A stretch of DNA of 64,000 nt from a virus. A program made the position numbers and the translations under genes. The first letter of the stretch is position 1. Every line of letters begins with the position of its first letter. The notes beneath the pieces are model-generated. The model worked only from the letters and a program-made list of their open reading frames with translations, was not told where the DNA came from and made no database searches. Positions 27,742 through 36,947 of the stretch are shown here, piece by piece. The DNA is taken from IMG/VR virus record IMGVR_UViG_3300020051_000004, one strand, 5' to 3'.

Positions 27742-28591
27742 GCTCTTTCTCCCAAGCAGATAGTTCAATTTTGCCGCAGTAATCCGAGAAGTGATTTCTC
27801 ACGGGATCAGCGTCTAATCCTAGTTCGTGAAATCCAATCAGGTAATTCTGATATTTGTTCTTGACCGACATTGGATATGGAATTTTATCTGGCCGCGAAA
27901 AACGATGATTCCATCTAAGAAAAGGGGCGCATAAAACTTTTTTGCCCGCTTGTCTATATTTTTCTGCAATGTAGAACTCTTCGCAGCCAAAACCCTTGAA
28001 TTTTTTAGAAAACCCTATCCAAGAATTCTTGCGGCAAGAAAATAATCCGAGTCCCTGCATGGGAATCTCAAAAGGTTCAGCGGCGGAATCTTTTCCCCTA
28101 TCATCGCAATCCCATTTTCCAAACATTTGAGTTCCCCATTCTGGTTTAAAATGAGTGGCGATATTCTTTAAATCGTCATATAAAAGCGGCCCTTGGATTA
28201 GGTTCCCGCTGTCCTCTCCACGGTCATAAAAGGAAATGAGTTTTTTTAAAGCGCCGCTTTCAATTAAGACGTGGCAATCCATGCACAAAACCGCTTCCGC
28301 ATTAGACTCTGAGAAAACTTTTTCGCGGGAAGATGTTCCAGTCACTTCCTCATAAGGAACATACTTAATTGGCTCTTTTATCCACTTACAAAATTCTTTT
28401 ACAGCTTTTCCGTGCTCTGATCTTGGGTTATTATCAATAATGACAAACTCAACGTCACTCAACACCTCACTGTGGAACATTCGTATCGCTTGAATGGAGA
28501 AATACACACCATGGAAGTCATCAAACGTGCTCATTCCAATGGTTAGTTTCTTAGGTGTAGAAATTTTAGCAATCACAATTATACTAACCAA
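27716..28591 (-). CDS. GT2 glycosyltransferase
   Basis: KLTIGMSTFDD...EFVIIDNN...LCMDCH...GFGCEE. Confidence 0.8.
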   Translation of the reverse strand: MVSIIVIAKISTPKKLTIGMSTFDDFHGVYFSIQAIRMFHSEVLSDVEFVIIDNNPRSEHGKAVKEFCKWIKEPIKYVPYEEVTGTSSREKVFSESNAEAVLCMDCHVLIESGALKKLISFYDRGEDSGNLIQGPLLYDDLKNIATHFKPEWGTQMFGKWDCDDRGKDSAAEPFEIPMQGLGLFSCRKNSWIGFSKKFKGFGCEEFYIAEKYRQAGKKVLCAPFLRWNHRFSRPDKIPYPMSVKNKYQNYLIGFHELGLDADPVRNHFSDYCGKIELSAWEKELNLPQNQP

Positions 28592-29127
28592 TTTAATTGG
28601 CCGCTTTTAGATAATTTGTCGATTATCTTTTTTTCTTCTTCTGGTTGATGTAGGGAACCTCTTATAGCGTTGTCTCCAAAATGATGACGCTCTCTATTCT
28701 CCCACCAATCAAATCCAGTGATAAAAACTGATTCGCGGCTCTTTAAATAATACCAAATGGCTAAAAGACCCGTAGAAAAACCATAATACTTTGTGCCGCC
28801 GAACTGTTGAAGCTCAAAAATCCATTGTTCTTGGCTTTTGAATATTTTTTTGGCCGAAATTATTGGAGAAAAACGCTGCCACAATTTATCTTTTTGCGGT
28901 GAAAATTGCCATGAATGAAGGCAAACCTCTGTATAATCCTTCGATAACAAAGGATGATGGGGCTGAACAAAAGAAACCGTGTTCCACCAATGAGTAGTTT
29001 TTTCGCCTGTAAAAGGTTCAAAACCCTTAATCTTGTAGTCGTTAAACCTAACAATAGATTTAAACGAGTCTATCTTAGTTCCCAGTTTTTTGTCCAGAAT
29101 AGAAGGGCCATTTCCAACGATGATCAC
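28579..29127 (-). CDS. GT29 sialyltransferase-like protein
   Basis: sialylmotif L IVGNGPS...IDSF..IVRFN...GEKT; motif S STGLLAI...ITGFD; VS-like H.PEEE. Confidence 0.75.
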   Translation of the reverse strand: MIIVGNGPSILDKKLGTKIDSFKSIVRFNDYKIKGFEPFTGEKTTHWWNTVSFVQPHHPLLSKDYTEVCLHSWQFSPQKDKLWQRFSPIISAKKIFKSQEQWIFELQQFGGTKYYGFSTGLLAIWYYLKSRESVFITGFDWWENRERHHFGDNAIRGSLHQPEEEKKIIDKLSKSGQLNWLV

Positions 29128-29161
29128 CCTTATATTAAACTATCTATCCTTTTCAACTAGA

Positions 29162-29755
29162 TTAAGGAGCCTCAATATCCCAGAACCTCCAACCACCGCT
29201 AGAAGGAGCATATGCTACAAGCGACCCATTGATCACAACATTATCGGAGTCGCCTGTTCCAGGGTTTGGGGTCCAATTTGTTCCATTGAAAATATAATTT
29301 GACCCTTCAAAATCTACTAATGCGTTGGCTGGCGTCGGAGAAGAAGAGTAAAATAGTGTTCCCAATGTCCATTCTCCTTCTGGAGAAGTCAAGTTGGCGT
29401 TATTTGACTGAGGAATTTCAATGTAAGGAACAGACTCACTGGGGTTTGAGTAATCAGAATAATTCCCAACCAAAGAAGATTTGACCCAATAAACGTAATT
29501 AATTCCAGGCTGAACGTCGTAATCCACATAAGAAGTTTCAGTTAACTCATTTACTATGTTAACTTCTTCCGAGTGAGAGTCTGTGGTGCTGCGATAAATT
29601 GAAAAACTATCGTCAGAAGCGCCGCTCCAAGTTAAAAGAACTTCAAGATGCCCCGCTGTTGATTGTAAATTAGTTGGCGTTGTTGGAGTCATTGTTGATG
29701 GAGAATTAATTTTATATTTTTGATGTGGTATTCTGAGTCTTAATCCTATGATCAT
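29162..29755 (-). CDS. fibronectin type III domain protein (probable virion accessory)
   Basis: PTNL...LTWS...FSIYRST...SYVDYDV.PG.NYVYWVKS. Confidence 0.7.
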   Translation of the reverse strand: MIIGLRLRIPHQKYKINSPSTMTPTTPTNLQSTAGHLEVLLTWSGASDDSFSIYRSTTDSHSEEVNIVNELTETSYVDYDVQPGINYVYWVKSSLVGNYSDYSNPSESVPYIEIPQSNNANLTSPEGEWTLGTLFYSSSPTPANALVDFEGSNYIFNGTNWTPNPGTGDSDNVVINGSLVAYAPSSGGWRFWDIEAP

Positions 29756-29759
29756 TTTA

Positions 29760-30029
29760 TTAAATTTGTTTAACAGCCTGACAAATACCAGAAGAAAGTC
29801 TAAAAGATGTGACGTTTCCTAAAAAACTACTTGGCGCAGCAAAATTAATTCCAACAATAGAAGAAAGATTAGTGACGCCAGAACCAGAAACAGCGGCCAA
29901 AGAAAATCCGCTTGCGCCCAAAGTATTCAATGCGCCGAAATTGCCATTATACCAACCCGTTCCTGTCGCAATTACGCTTCCCCATGTTGCTAGAGATGTA
30001 CCAAGTAGGGAATAAGTCGAAGAGTCCAT
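29760..30029 (-). CDS. small Ser/Gly-rich protein
   Basis: ORF preceded by the GTGTAA motif. Confidence 0.6.
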   Translation of the reverse strand: MDSSTYSLLGTSLATWGSVIATGTGWYNGNFGALNTLGASGFSLAAVSGSGVTNLSSIVGINFAAPSSFLGNVTSFRLSSGICQAVKQI

Positions 30030-30167
30030 ATCTTTCTTTTACACCTTTCAATGGGGAAAATAAAAGAAAAAGAGAAAAAAGAATGACCCGAAAAGTTTTC
30101 ATGTTAAATAGTAACGATTTTTAGAGATTTGAGTAATATAAGGGAAGCAATTAGCCTTATTTACACA

Positions 30168-30647
30168 GTGAACTATCCCATCTACAAAGGAAATAAAAAA
30201 AATACTGGAAACTGCGCAAGTTTTCAACTTTCAAACGATAAAAAGTCCTTTTGGATTAAAGCTGTAAACCAGTTTTCGTGGGACGAAAGCAAGCCAGGAC
30301 AAAATAAAGCTTCTTTCAAGGAAAATGCTCGGAATCCAGATAAGTCTATTTCGGTCAAGGTTAATCCTACGGAGCTTGGAGGAATTATTTTTGCATTGGA
30401 TAATTGGGAGCCATGGGAAACAGTTCATAAATACGAAAAGAATGGTCAAAATTTCACTACAAGCATTAAAATCGGAGTTTGGAATCGCCCTGACAATCCA
30501 AAAGGTAACGCAATGTCTTTGTCCATCACACAAGGAGAGAAGAAATTTGGAGTAGCCCTTGAAAAAGGAGAATTGAAAGTTGTTAAAATTATGATGGAGT
30601 CGGCAGTTGTAGAAATGCTTAAATCTGGATGGGTTGAAGAGGAATAA
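30168..30647 (+). CDS. hypothetical protein (beta-rich, possibly ssDNA-binding)
   Basis: GTG start; function is a guess. Confidence 0.6.
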   Translation: MNYPIYKGNKKNTGNCASFQLSNDKKSFWIKAVNQFSWDESKPGQNKASFKENARNPDKSISVKVNPTELGGIIFALDNWEPWETVHKYEKNGQNFTTSIKIGVWNRPDNPKGNAMSLSITQGEKKFGVALEKGELKVVKIMMESAVVEMLKSGWVEEE

Positions 30648-31516
30648 TGGCCGTGGAAGACAAATTAAGGTCTATAACTTTTGGTATAGCTAATGCCTAT
30701 AAACATCGTGGTGGGATTTACCAGTTAAAAAGCAAGCATAATGGTAAATTTTATATTGGCTCTGCCGCGTCTTTCTATAATAGGCTACACACGCACTCTC
30801 ATCACTTGAGGGAGGAAACCCATTTTAACGATCATTTAATTGCCCATAAAAATAAATATGGAATTGAAGATTTAGTTATGGAGGTTCTTGAATTTGTGGA
30901 TAACACGAATGAAAATTTGATTCGCCGCGAACAATGGTGGTTAGATAATACTGATTGTTTAAATAGAGAGGTTGGCTTTAATAAATGTCCCACGGCACAG
31001 TCTCAGTTGAATCGCGAGATGCCAGACACACATCGTCAAAAAGTAGGCAATCGGTCAATTGGCAATAAATATTGCGTGGGAAGAAAAGCGTCCGAGGAGA
31101 CGAAATTAAAAATTAGTAAAATTCAGGGATTGCCTATTGCTAGGTATAATTGGGATGGAACTCTTATGAGCGTTTATGAAACACCAATGCTTCTTAGAAA
31201 AGCTGGACATTGTGCGGAGAGTGTCCGAAAAGCTTGTAAGGGTATCGCAAATTACAAAAAATCTCTCTGGAGAGTTATTTTGCCAGATCAAGAAATTCGA
31301 GATTTAACGCCCGAAGAGATTAATAACCCAATTTTTAAAGTAAAAAAGAAAAGAATTAATCATTTAGTAGGGGGTCAATTAATAGGTTTATATTCGACAG
31401 TGAAAGAGGCCGCTAAATCCACAGGAATTCCTCATCATAAAATCAGAACCTTATGCAACGGAGAAAGAAAATCATTTAATGAAGTTGATTTTAAATACGA
31501 ATTTTTTTATGAGTAA
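30647..31516 (+). CDS. GIY-YIG homing endonuclease with NUMOD-type repeats
   Basis: GGIYQLK..HNGKFYIGSA...REQWWLD; GRKASEETKLKIS; YSTVKEAAKSTG. Confidence 0.9.
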   Translation: MAVEDKLRSITFGIANAYKHRGGIYQLKSKHNGKFYIGSAASFYNRLHTHSHHLREETHFNDHLIAHKNKYGIEDLVMEVLEFVDNTNENLIRREQWWLDNTDCLNREVGFNKCPTAQSQLNREMPDTHRQKVGNRSIGNKYCVGRKASEETKLKISKIQGLPIARYNWDGTLMSVYETPMLLRKAGHCAESVRKACKGIANYKKSLWRVILPDQEIRDLTPEEINNPIFKVKKKRINHLVGGQLIGLYSTVKEAAKSTGIPHHKIRTLCNGERKSFNEVDFKYEFFYE

Positions 31517-33422
31517 AAAAACAATTTTAATTCATAGTAATTTTAGCAAGCTGTTTACAGGATTTGGCCGTACATCGCGGACCATTCTTCGCTATTTGTA
31601 TAAAACTGGTAAATACAATCTTGTGGAGGCGGCAAATGGGTTAAGTTTTGATTCTCCAGAATGCCAAAAACAGCCGTGGCCATGCCATGGAACCGCTCCA
31701 ACGCAGGAGCAGCAATCTCAAATTAACAGTGACCCCAATCAGCGCGATCATTGGAATAGGGCGGCTGGATATGGATATTTTGGTATTGATAAAATCGTAG
31801 AGCAATACAAGCCAAATGCGGTTCTATGTATGGAGGATTATTGGGCATTCTTTGGGTTTGAAAAGAAGCCTTGGTTTAAAAAAACTAACCCTATACTTTG
31901 GACCACGGCAGATTCAACACCACTTCAAAGTGAGTTTGTTGATATGGCGACTCATTATGATAATATTTATTGCTGGGCATCATTTGCAGAAAAAGAGTTT
32001 AAGAAAAAAGGTTATGATCATGTAAAGACTCTTCACGGGTGTATTGACCCTACTCCCTTTTATCCCTTGGCGGAAGATGAGAAAAACGATCTTCGCTCTA
32101 AATTTGGAATATCCAAGAATACTTTAATATTTGGATCATCAAACCGAAATCAACTAAGAAAAGGATTTCCGCTGCTTTTAGACGCTCTTGTGGATTTCAA
32201 AAGGCAAAATCCAGATATTGATGCAAAGGTATTTTTTCACACATCTTTCCAAGAAGGCTTCAATCTTCAATTTTTAGCCGCCGCAAAAGGAGTTAACCCA
32301 CAAGACCTTTTATGCACATATTACTGCCCTAGTTGTCGAGAATATGAGGTTCGTCCATTTTCAGGGCACGATCAAAAATGTCGGTATTGTGGATATGAAA
32401 AGGCTAATACGCCGTCTATTATTTCTGCTCCAGATGATCGTCAGTTAAATGAAATTTTAAATCTTTTTGATATTGGCGTTCATCCAGCAAATAGCGGCGG
32501 TATGGAATATTTTTGCCTTGAAGCTAAGTTGGCTGGGGTTCCAGTTTGCACTACTAACTATTCTTATGGAGAGGATGTTGTTGGAGAGGGAACAGGGGGT
32601 TTAGCCCTTGAATGGGAACCCTATACGGAAATCGGGTCAAATTTTACGAAGGCCGCTGTAAAGGTTTCATCCATCGTAGAACAACTTAATTATTTATGTA
32701 ATCTTGGGAAAAATGGTCGCAGTGAAATTGGAAAAGTTGGTCGGAAGTTTGTCCTAGATAATTATTCTATTGACATTATCGGCAAGAAGTGGGAAGAGGT
32801 TTTAGACAATCTCCCAGAAAAAGACTGGGACGCGCCAGAAAATCAGGTAAAACCACAAAACCCCCTCTACCAGCCCCTCCCCAATCTTTCCCCGCAAGAT
32901 TTCGTCTTGGATTTGTTCAAAAACATGCTCCACGAAAAAGTGGATAAAAACAACAGCCAAGTTAAACACTGGACCGAGCATTTGACGCGATCTAGTGACT
33001 ACCAAGGAGTGTACAACCACTTTGTTAATGTGGCTCGTCAGTTTAACGCTCAATTAAACCACAAGTCTATTGACTTTGGAGAGTTGCTTGACTCAACAGA
33101 TGAGAAAAGACTGCTAGTTTGTATGCCAGAAAGTGCGGGTGACGTGTTAATGGTATCATCGCTCATTCCCCGAGTCGCAAAACTCTATCCAGAACACAGG
33201 ATTTATTTCGCCACAAAACCTCAATTCAGAGAGCTGGTTGAGCACTTACCAGAGATTCATAGAGTCTTAGATTATCATCCAATCATGGAAGACATTTTCG
33301 TGCTAACAGGAAGAGGCGGTCACAAGGGTTATTTTGACTATGCCTTCTTGTGCCAAGGACAAACTCAACGATTTATGAATTACCAGCAAGCCAGCAATGA
33401 GCTACGGAGGGAATGGATGTGA
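31509..33422 (+). CDS. multidomain glycosyltransferase (GT4 with Zn-ribbon insert plus GT9-like C-terminus)
   Basis: TGFGR; NRNQLRKG; CPSC...CRYC; GGMEYFCLEAKLAGVP; SAGDVLMVSSL. Confidence 0.8.
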   Translation: MSKKTILIHSNFSKLFTGFGRTSRTILRYLYKTGKYNLVEAANGLSFDSPECQKQPWPCHGTAPTQEQQSQINSDPNQRDHWNRAAGYGYFGIDKIVEQYKPNAVLCMEDYWAFFGFEKKPWFKKTNPILWTTADSTPLQSEFVDMATHYDNIYCWASFAEKEFKKKGYDHVKTLHGCIDPTPFYPLAEDEKNDLRSKFGISKNTLIFGSSNRNQLRKGFPLLLDALVDFKRQNPDIDAKVFFHTSFQEGFNLQFLAAAKGVNPQDLLCTYYCPSCREYEVRPFSGHDQKCRYCGYEKANTPSIISAPDDRQLNEILNLFDIGVHPANSGGMEYFCLEAKLAGVPVCTTNYSYGEDVVGEGTGGLALEWEPYTEIGSNFTKAAVKVSSIVEQLNYLCNLGKNGRSEIGKVGRKFVLDNYSIDIIGKKWEEVLDNLPEKDWDAPENQVKPQNPLYQPLPNLSPQDFVLDLFKNMLHEKVDKNNSQVKHWTEHLTRSSDYQGVYNHFVNVARQFNAQLNHKSIDFGELLDSTDEKRLLVCMPESAGDVLMVSSLIPRVAKLYPEHRIYFATKPQFRELVEHLPEIHRVLDYHPIMEDIFVLTGRGGHKGYFDYAFLCQGQTQRFMNYQQASNELRREWM

Positions 33423-33625
33423 TAAACAAAGATTGGGCGAATTTTGTTGCAAAAAGACTTCTTAATGAATATAAAGGGCTAACCAAAAAAGGCAGCGTTC
33501 CATTAAATTTTATTTCGCCCATAGAGTTTTCACTTGTTACGCGCCCATTTTACGAAGGACGCATTGATAAAAAACAGTGGATTCAGGTTATTAATGAAGC
33601 AGTGCAAACTTACAAAAACCGATAA
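33413..33625 (+). CDS. hypothetical protein
   Basis: ORF. Confidence 0.5.
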   Translation: MDVINKDWANFVAKRLLNEYKGLTKKGSVPLNFISPIEFSLVTRPFYEGRIDKKQWIQVINEAVQTYKNR

Positions 33626-34776
33626 TGTCTCTTCTTACTACTTACTCTTCATACTTAGGAGTCCTGCCTCTCGACCCGCCGAACATCAATGTTCAGGTTT
33701 TTCCTGTTCCATTCGATAAATACATCACGTTTCACGCGGGCGACGGTAAAATCCAAGCTAAACACTACGACTTTTGGCAAGAAGCAATCGGCCTGATGAA
33801 AGCGGCGCTTCATCATTTTGGAATCAAGATTATTCAAATCGGCGGCCCAGAAGATTCACCGATTTCAACTTGCGACGCTCATTATTTAACCCTATCAAGG
33901 GCTCAGAGCGCGTATATCCAAAAAGGAGCAATGCTTCATATTGGCATTGACAGTGCCCCAATTCATATTGCCTCTGCTTTTAGCAAGAAGATTGTGGCGG
34001 TGTATTCACATATCTATAAAGAACAATCGCCATGTAACTGGAGTAAACCTGAAGACGTTATCTATTTAGAGCCTGATAGAGGAGAAAATCATCCGCCCTT
34101 CTCAGCGGTTGAAGAACCCAAAATGGTAAACTCTATCAAACCAGAACAAATTTGCCGCGCCGTTTTTAAATTATTAAATTTGCCCGCCGAAATTAATTTT
34201 GAGACTAAATTTGTTGGGCCGCTCTATAATTTGTCTTGTGTGGAAATTATTCCTGACTTTTATGGGGAAAGCGCCGAATTAAAAAATGTTTCGCCGCATT
34301 TAAGAATGGACTTAAACTTTGACGAGCAATGCGTTCACGCATGGGCTCAAAATCAAACGATAAAAATCGTTTCAGACAAACCCGTATCCTTGGAACTTTT
34401 AAGAGCGGACAAAAAGAACATCCAACAACTAACCTTGTTGATTGATGACATTGATTCCTTCTCCTTGGAATACGTTAAAAAAGCCAAGGGTCTAATTCCC
34501 AATTTGATGCTAGTAGGAACAAACGGCGAAACAATTTCTAATGTGCGCGAAAAGTTTTTTGACTATATTGTTGAAAGAATGCCGCCACCAAGCCGTTCTA
34601 AATACGAATCCTACATTGGAAGTAAATTTTGGACGAAAAAATTAGTCTTTTCTAAAGCGCAGCAATTTGCATCAATTGCACACTGGGAAAAACAAATTCC
34701 GTTTGACAAAGAAAACATTGTGGTAGATAGTGACGAAACCTCAAGAGAGGTTGATCACTTTTTTATCTTTAACTAA
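33625..34776 (+). CDS. GT9-like glycosyltransferase
   Basis: KHYDFWQE...IIQIGG...HIGIDSAPIHIASAFSKKIVAVY. Confidence 0.8.
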   Translation: MSLLTTYSSYLGVLPLDPPNINVQVFPVPFDKYITFHAGDGKIQAKHYDFWQEAIGLMKAALHHFGIKIIQIGGPEDSPISTCDAHYLTLSRAQSAYIQKGAMLHIGIDSAPIHIASAFSKKIVAVYSHIYKEQSPCNWSKPEDVIYLEPDRGENHPPFSAVEEPKMVNSIKPEQICRAVFKLLNLPAEINFETKFVGPLYNLSCVEIIPDFYGESAELKNVSPHLRMDLNFDEQCVHAWAQNQTIKIVSDKPVSLELLRADKKNIQQLTLLIDDIDSFSLEYVKKAKGLIPNLMLVGTNGETISNVREKFFDYIVERMPPPSRSKYESYIGSKFWTKKLVFSKAQQFASIAHWEKQIPFDKENIVVDSDETSREVDHFFIFN

Positions 34777-34787
34777 TATGACCAATT

Positions 34788-34964
34788 AACTTCTCATCGC
34801 GTGGGCTATCAAAGTCTCTATACGCAGATAGCATCTTGCCCTACATTAGTCGCCTGACGATCATCTGAAATGGTGTGAAACCCGAAAGGGTAGCGCGGAG
34901 TATCCCAAGTAGGGGAATAACTGGATACCAGTAGAGACACCCACGGCCCACGCGACGAGAAGTT
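34788..34964 (+). ncRNA. 177-nt rod-shaped ncRNA with 6S-RNA-like architecture
   Basis: 18-bp closing stem, GTCTCTA/TAGAGAC, central bubble, CCCTAC/GTAGGG, apical CCC-GAAA-GGG. Confidence 0.6.
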
Positions 34965-34983
34965 TGCTTTAAAAACACACAAC

Positions 34984-35742
34984 ATGACTACAATCACCCG
35001 AAACTCCCAAGGTCTTCTTGAAAATCTTGAATACAAGACAGATAAGCTAGGCTATATTATTTGGCGAGACATGATTCCAAGCGAATACCTTTACCCAAAC
35101 AAAGAATATTTCGCCCGAAATAACTTGTCTGCCCCAGAAAGCGCCGAAGGTCTTCCTGACAATCAGTGTCTTGTTAAAATCGGCGGACTCATTGAACTAA
35201 TGAAGATTCGCGGGTACACAAGTCTCGACCAGCAAGTTTTGAACGTTGACAATGGTTATGTTACAGCCAAATGCACAATCACTTGGCTTCCAAATTCAGA
35301 AACGGACAATAAGCCTGTAACTTTTTCTTGGGTGGCTAATAGCAACATTGGAAATTGCGGCGATTTTATGGCCAACTTCCAAGAAACTCAAGCTCAGAAT
35401 CGTGCCTTGAGTCTTTGTGTTCGTAAGTTCTTAAATGTTAACATCGTTTCTGACGAAGAAATGAGCAAGGGGCAAACAAACTTGATCCCAGAAAAAGAAA
35501 AGCCCGCCGCGACTCTTCCTAATTTAAACAACAAACTGCGCAAGAAACTCCTAGAGGCAAACTACAAAAGCCCAGAAGCTCTCTTGGCCTTGATTGAAGA
35601 AATGAAAGCGGCGGACAAAATTCAAATTTCGCCCGAAGATTTGATGGATGAAAACGGCAAAGTTAGCGTTGATCCACTTGGGGCAAAAGAGTGTCGCATT
35701 ATCATGGGCTATTTAGATGAGAAAAAGAAAGGTGAAAAGTGA
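34984..35742 (+). CDS. hypothetical protein, possibly ssDNA-annealing (Rad52/Sak-like fold)
   Basis: YVTAKCTITW...ETQAQNRALSLCVR; weak resemblance only. Confidence 0.5.
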   Translation: MTTITRNSQGLLENLEYKTDKLGYIIWRDMIPSEYLYPNKEYFARNNLSAPESAEGLPDNQCLVKIGGLIELMKIRGYTSLDQQVLNVDNGYVTAKCTITWLPNSETDNKPVTFSWVANSNIGNCGDFMANFQETQAQNRALSLCVRKFLNVNIVSDEEMSKGQTNLIPEKEKPAATLPNLNNKLRKKLLEANYKSPEALLALIEEMKAADKIQISPEDLMDENGKVSVDPLGAKECRIIMGYLDEKKKGEK

Positions 35743-35930
35743 ACTTTACAATTTCTCTCCCATCTTTTCGTCATTCAAGACTACTAGCAACCAGACTTGA
35801 AGAACTACTCTTAAAGAGCGGCGAATTAAAATCCTCCACTAAACACGCCGACCAGTGGATTTTAAAGGATGGAGAGAACGAATACAGCTTTATACCTAAA
35901 AATAGCATAAATTATGGCTCGCGAAATTAA
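35739..35930 (+). CDS. hypothetical protein
   Basis: ORF. Confidence 0.5.
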   Translation: MNFTISLPSFRHSRLLATRLEELLLKSGELKSSTKHADQWILKDGENEYSFIPKNSINYGSRN

Positions 35931-36330
35931 ATTCCGTGTTTTTGATTCCTTTGAAAATAAATTTGTTGATTTCGGAGTCGGAGGGTTACGCTCTGATTAT
36001 ACTCTAAACGATATTTTTGAGGACAACTTTAATGATGGCCTTAGATATGTCATCCAGCAATTTACGGGTCTAAAGGATAAAAACGGCAAAGAGATTTATG
36101 AGGGCGATCTTATTAAAGTTCCAACAAAAAGTAAATATTACAAAGTCGAATATTACAGCTACATAGCATCTTTTCAATTTCTTCCAGTTGATTATGATAT
36201 TGATGCCATGACATTTAGGATGTGTACGAATTATGAGAGTTTTATAGTTAACATGAGAATGGTAAAAGATTACGAAGTAGTCGGACACATCTTTGAAGAT
36301 AATGAATCACAAACTAACCCTCTGGCCTAG
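35914..36330 (+). CDS. YopX family protein
   Basis: REIKFRVFD...QQFTGLKDKNGKEIYEGDLI...EVVGHIFE. Confidence 0.9.
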   Translation: MAREIKFRVFDSFENKFVDFGVGGLRSDYTLNDIFEDNFNDGLRYVIQQFTGLKDKNGKEIYEGDLIKVPTKSKYYKVEYYSYIASFQFLPVDYDIDAMTFRMCTNYESFIVNMRMVKDYEVVGHIFEDNESQTNPLA

Positions 36331-36529
36331 CATTGCCGCCGTCATTATGTGGCTAACCCCACTTCGATGCCAAGAAAAAGTTTCGCCGCCGAAACCAATT
36401 CTTGAGTTTAAACTAATTGAGCCAGGAATCCCTAGTTTTCCAAACATTCCGCCAGTTTTGCCGCCGCCGAAACTAAACAACCAAAACTTGTCTCTTGATC
36501 AAAAAAATAACAGACCCGAAAGAGTTTGA
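36302..36529 (+). CDS. small Pro-rich membrane-anchored protein
   Basis: N-terminal hydrophobic stretch, Pro-rich tail. Confidence 0.45.
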   Translation: MNHKLTLWPSIAAVIMWLTPLRCQEKVSPPKPILEFKLIEPGIPSFPNIPPVLPPPKLNNQNLSLDQKNNRPERV

Positions 36530-36947
36530 AATTTTATGCCGCCAAATCGCGGCCAAATTCTCTAGCGAGAATGAAAAATACGGCCACTGGGAATCGAAAA
36601 TCAACCCCGAATCTTTAATAAAGGCTTGGGGCGATTCTCGGTTGCTGAATTTTCACTTACACGTTTGGGCTAATAAAGAGGAGGAGTATGATTCTGTTAT
36701 CATGTTCCAAGGAGTGGACAACCACGTAACTGGCGAAAAACAGTGGCAAGAATATTTTTGGATTAGCAGCAACCCGAAAGTCTCGTTTCAACTTTTAAAT
36801 CGGGCGAAAAAGTTTGGAAAGTCTCTCGGCTACAAGAAGATCATAATGTTCCGCGTAATTAATTACCCGACTTCAGATAAACTTTGCAAAGTTTACGAAA
36901 AAATGGGCTTCAAAAAGGACTCCGAGATGTTTGTCTCAAATCTTTAA
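36495..36947 (+). CDS. GNAT-like protein
   Basis: EYFWIS...LLNRAKKFGKSLGYKKI...KVYEKMGF. Confidence 0.6.
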   Translation: MIKKITDPKEFEILCRQIAAKFSSENEKYGHWESKINPESLIKAWGDSRLLNFHLHVWANKEEEYDSVIMFQGVDNHVTGEKQWQEYFWISSNPKVSFQLLNRAKKFGKSLGYKKIIMFRVINYPTSDKLCKVYEKMGFKKDSEMFVSNL

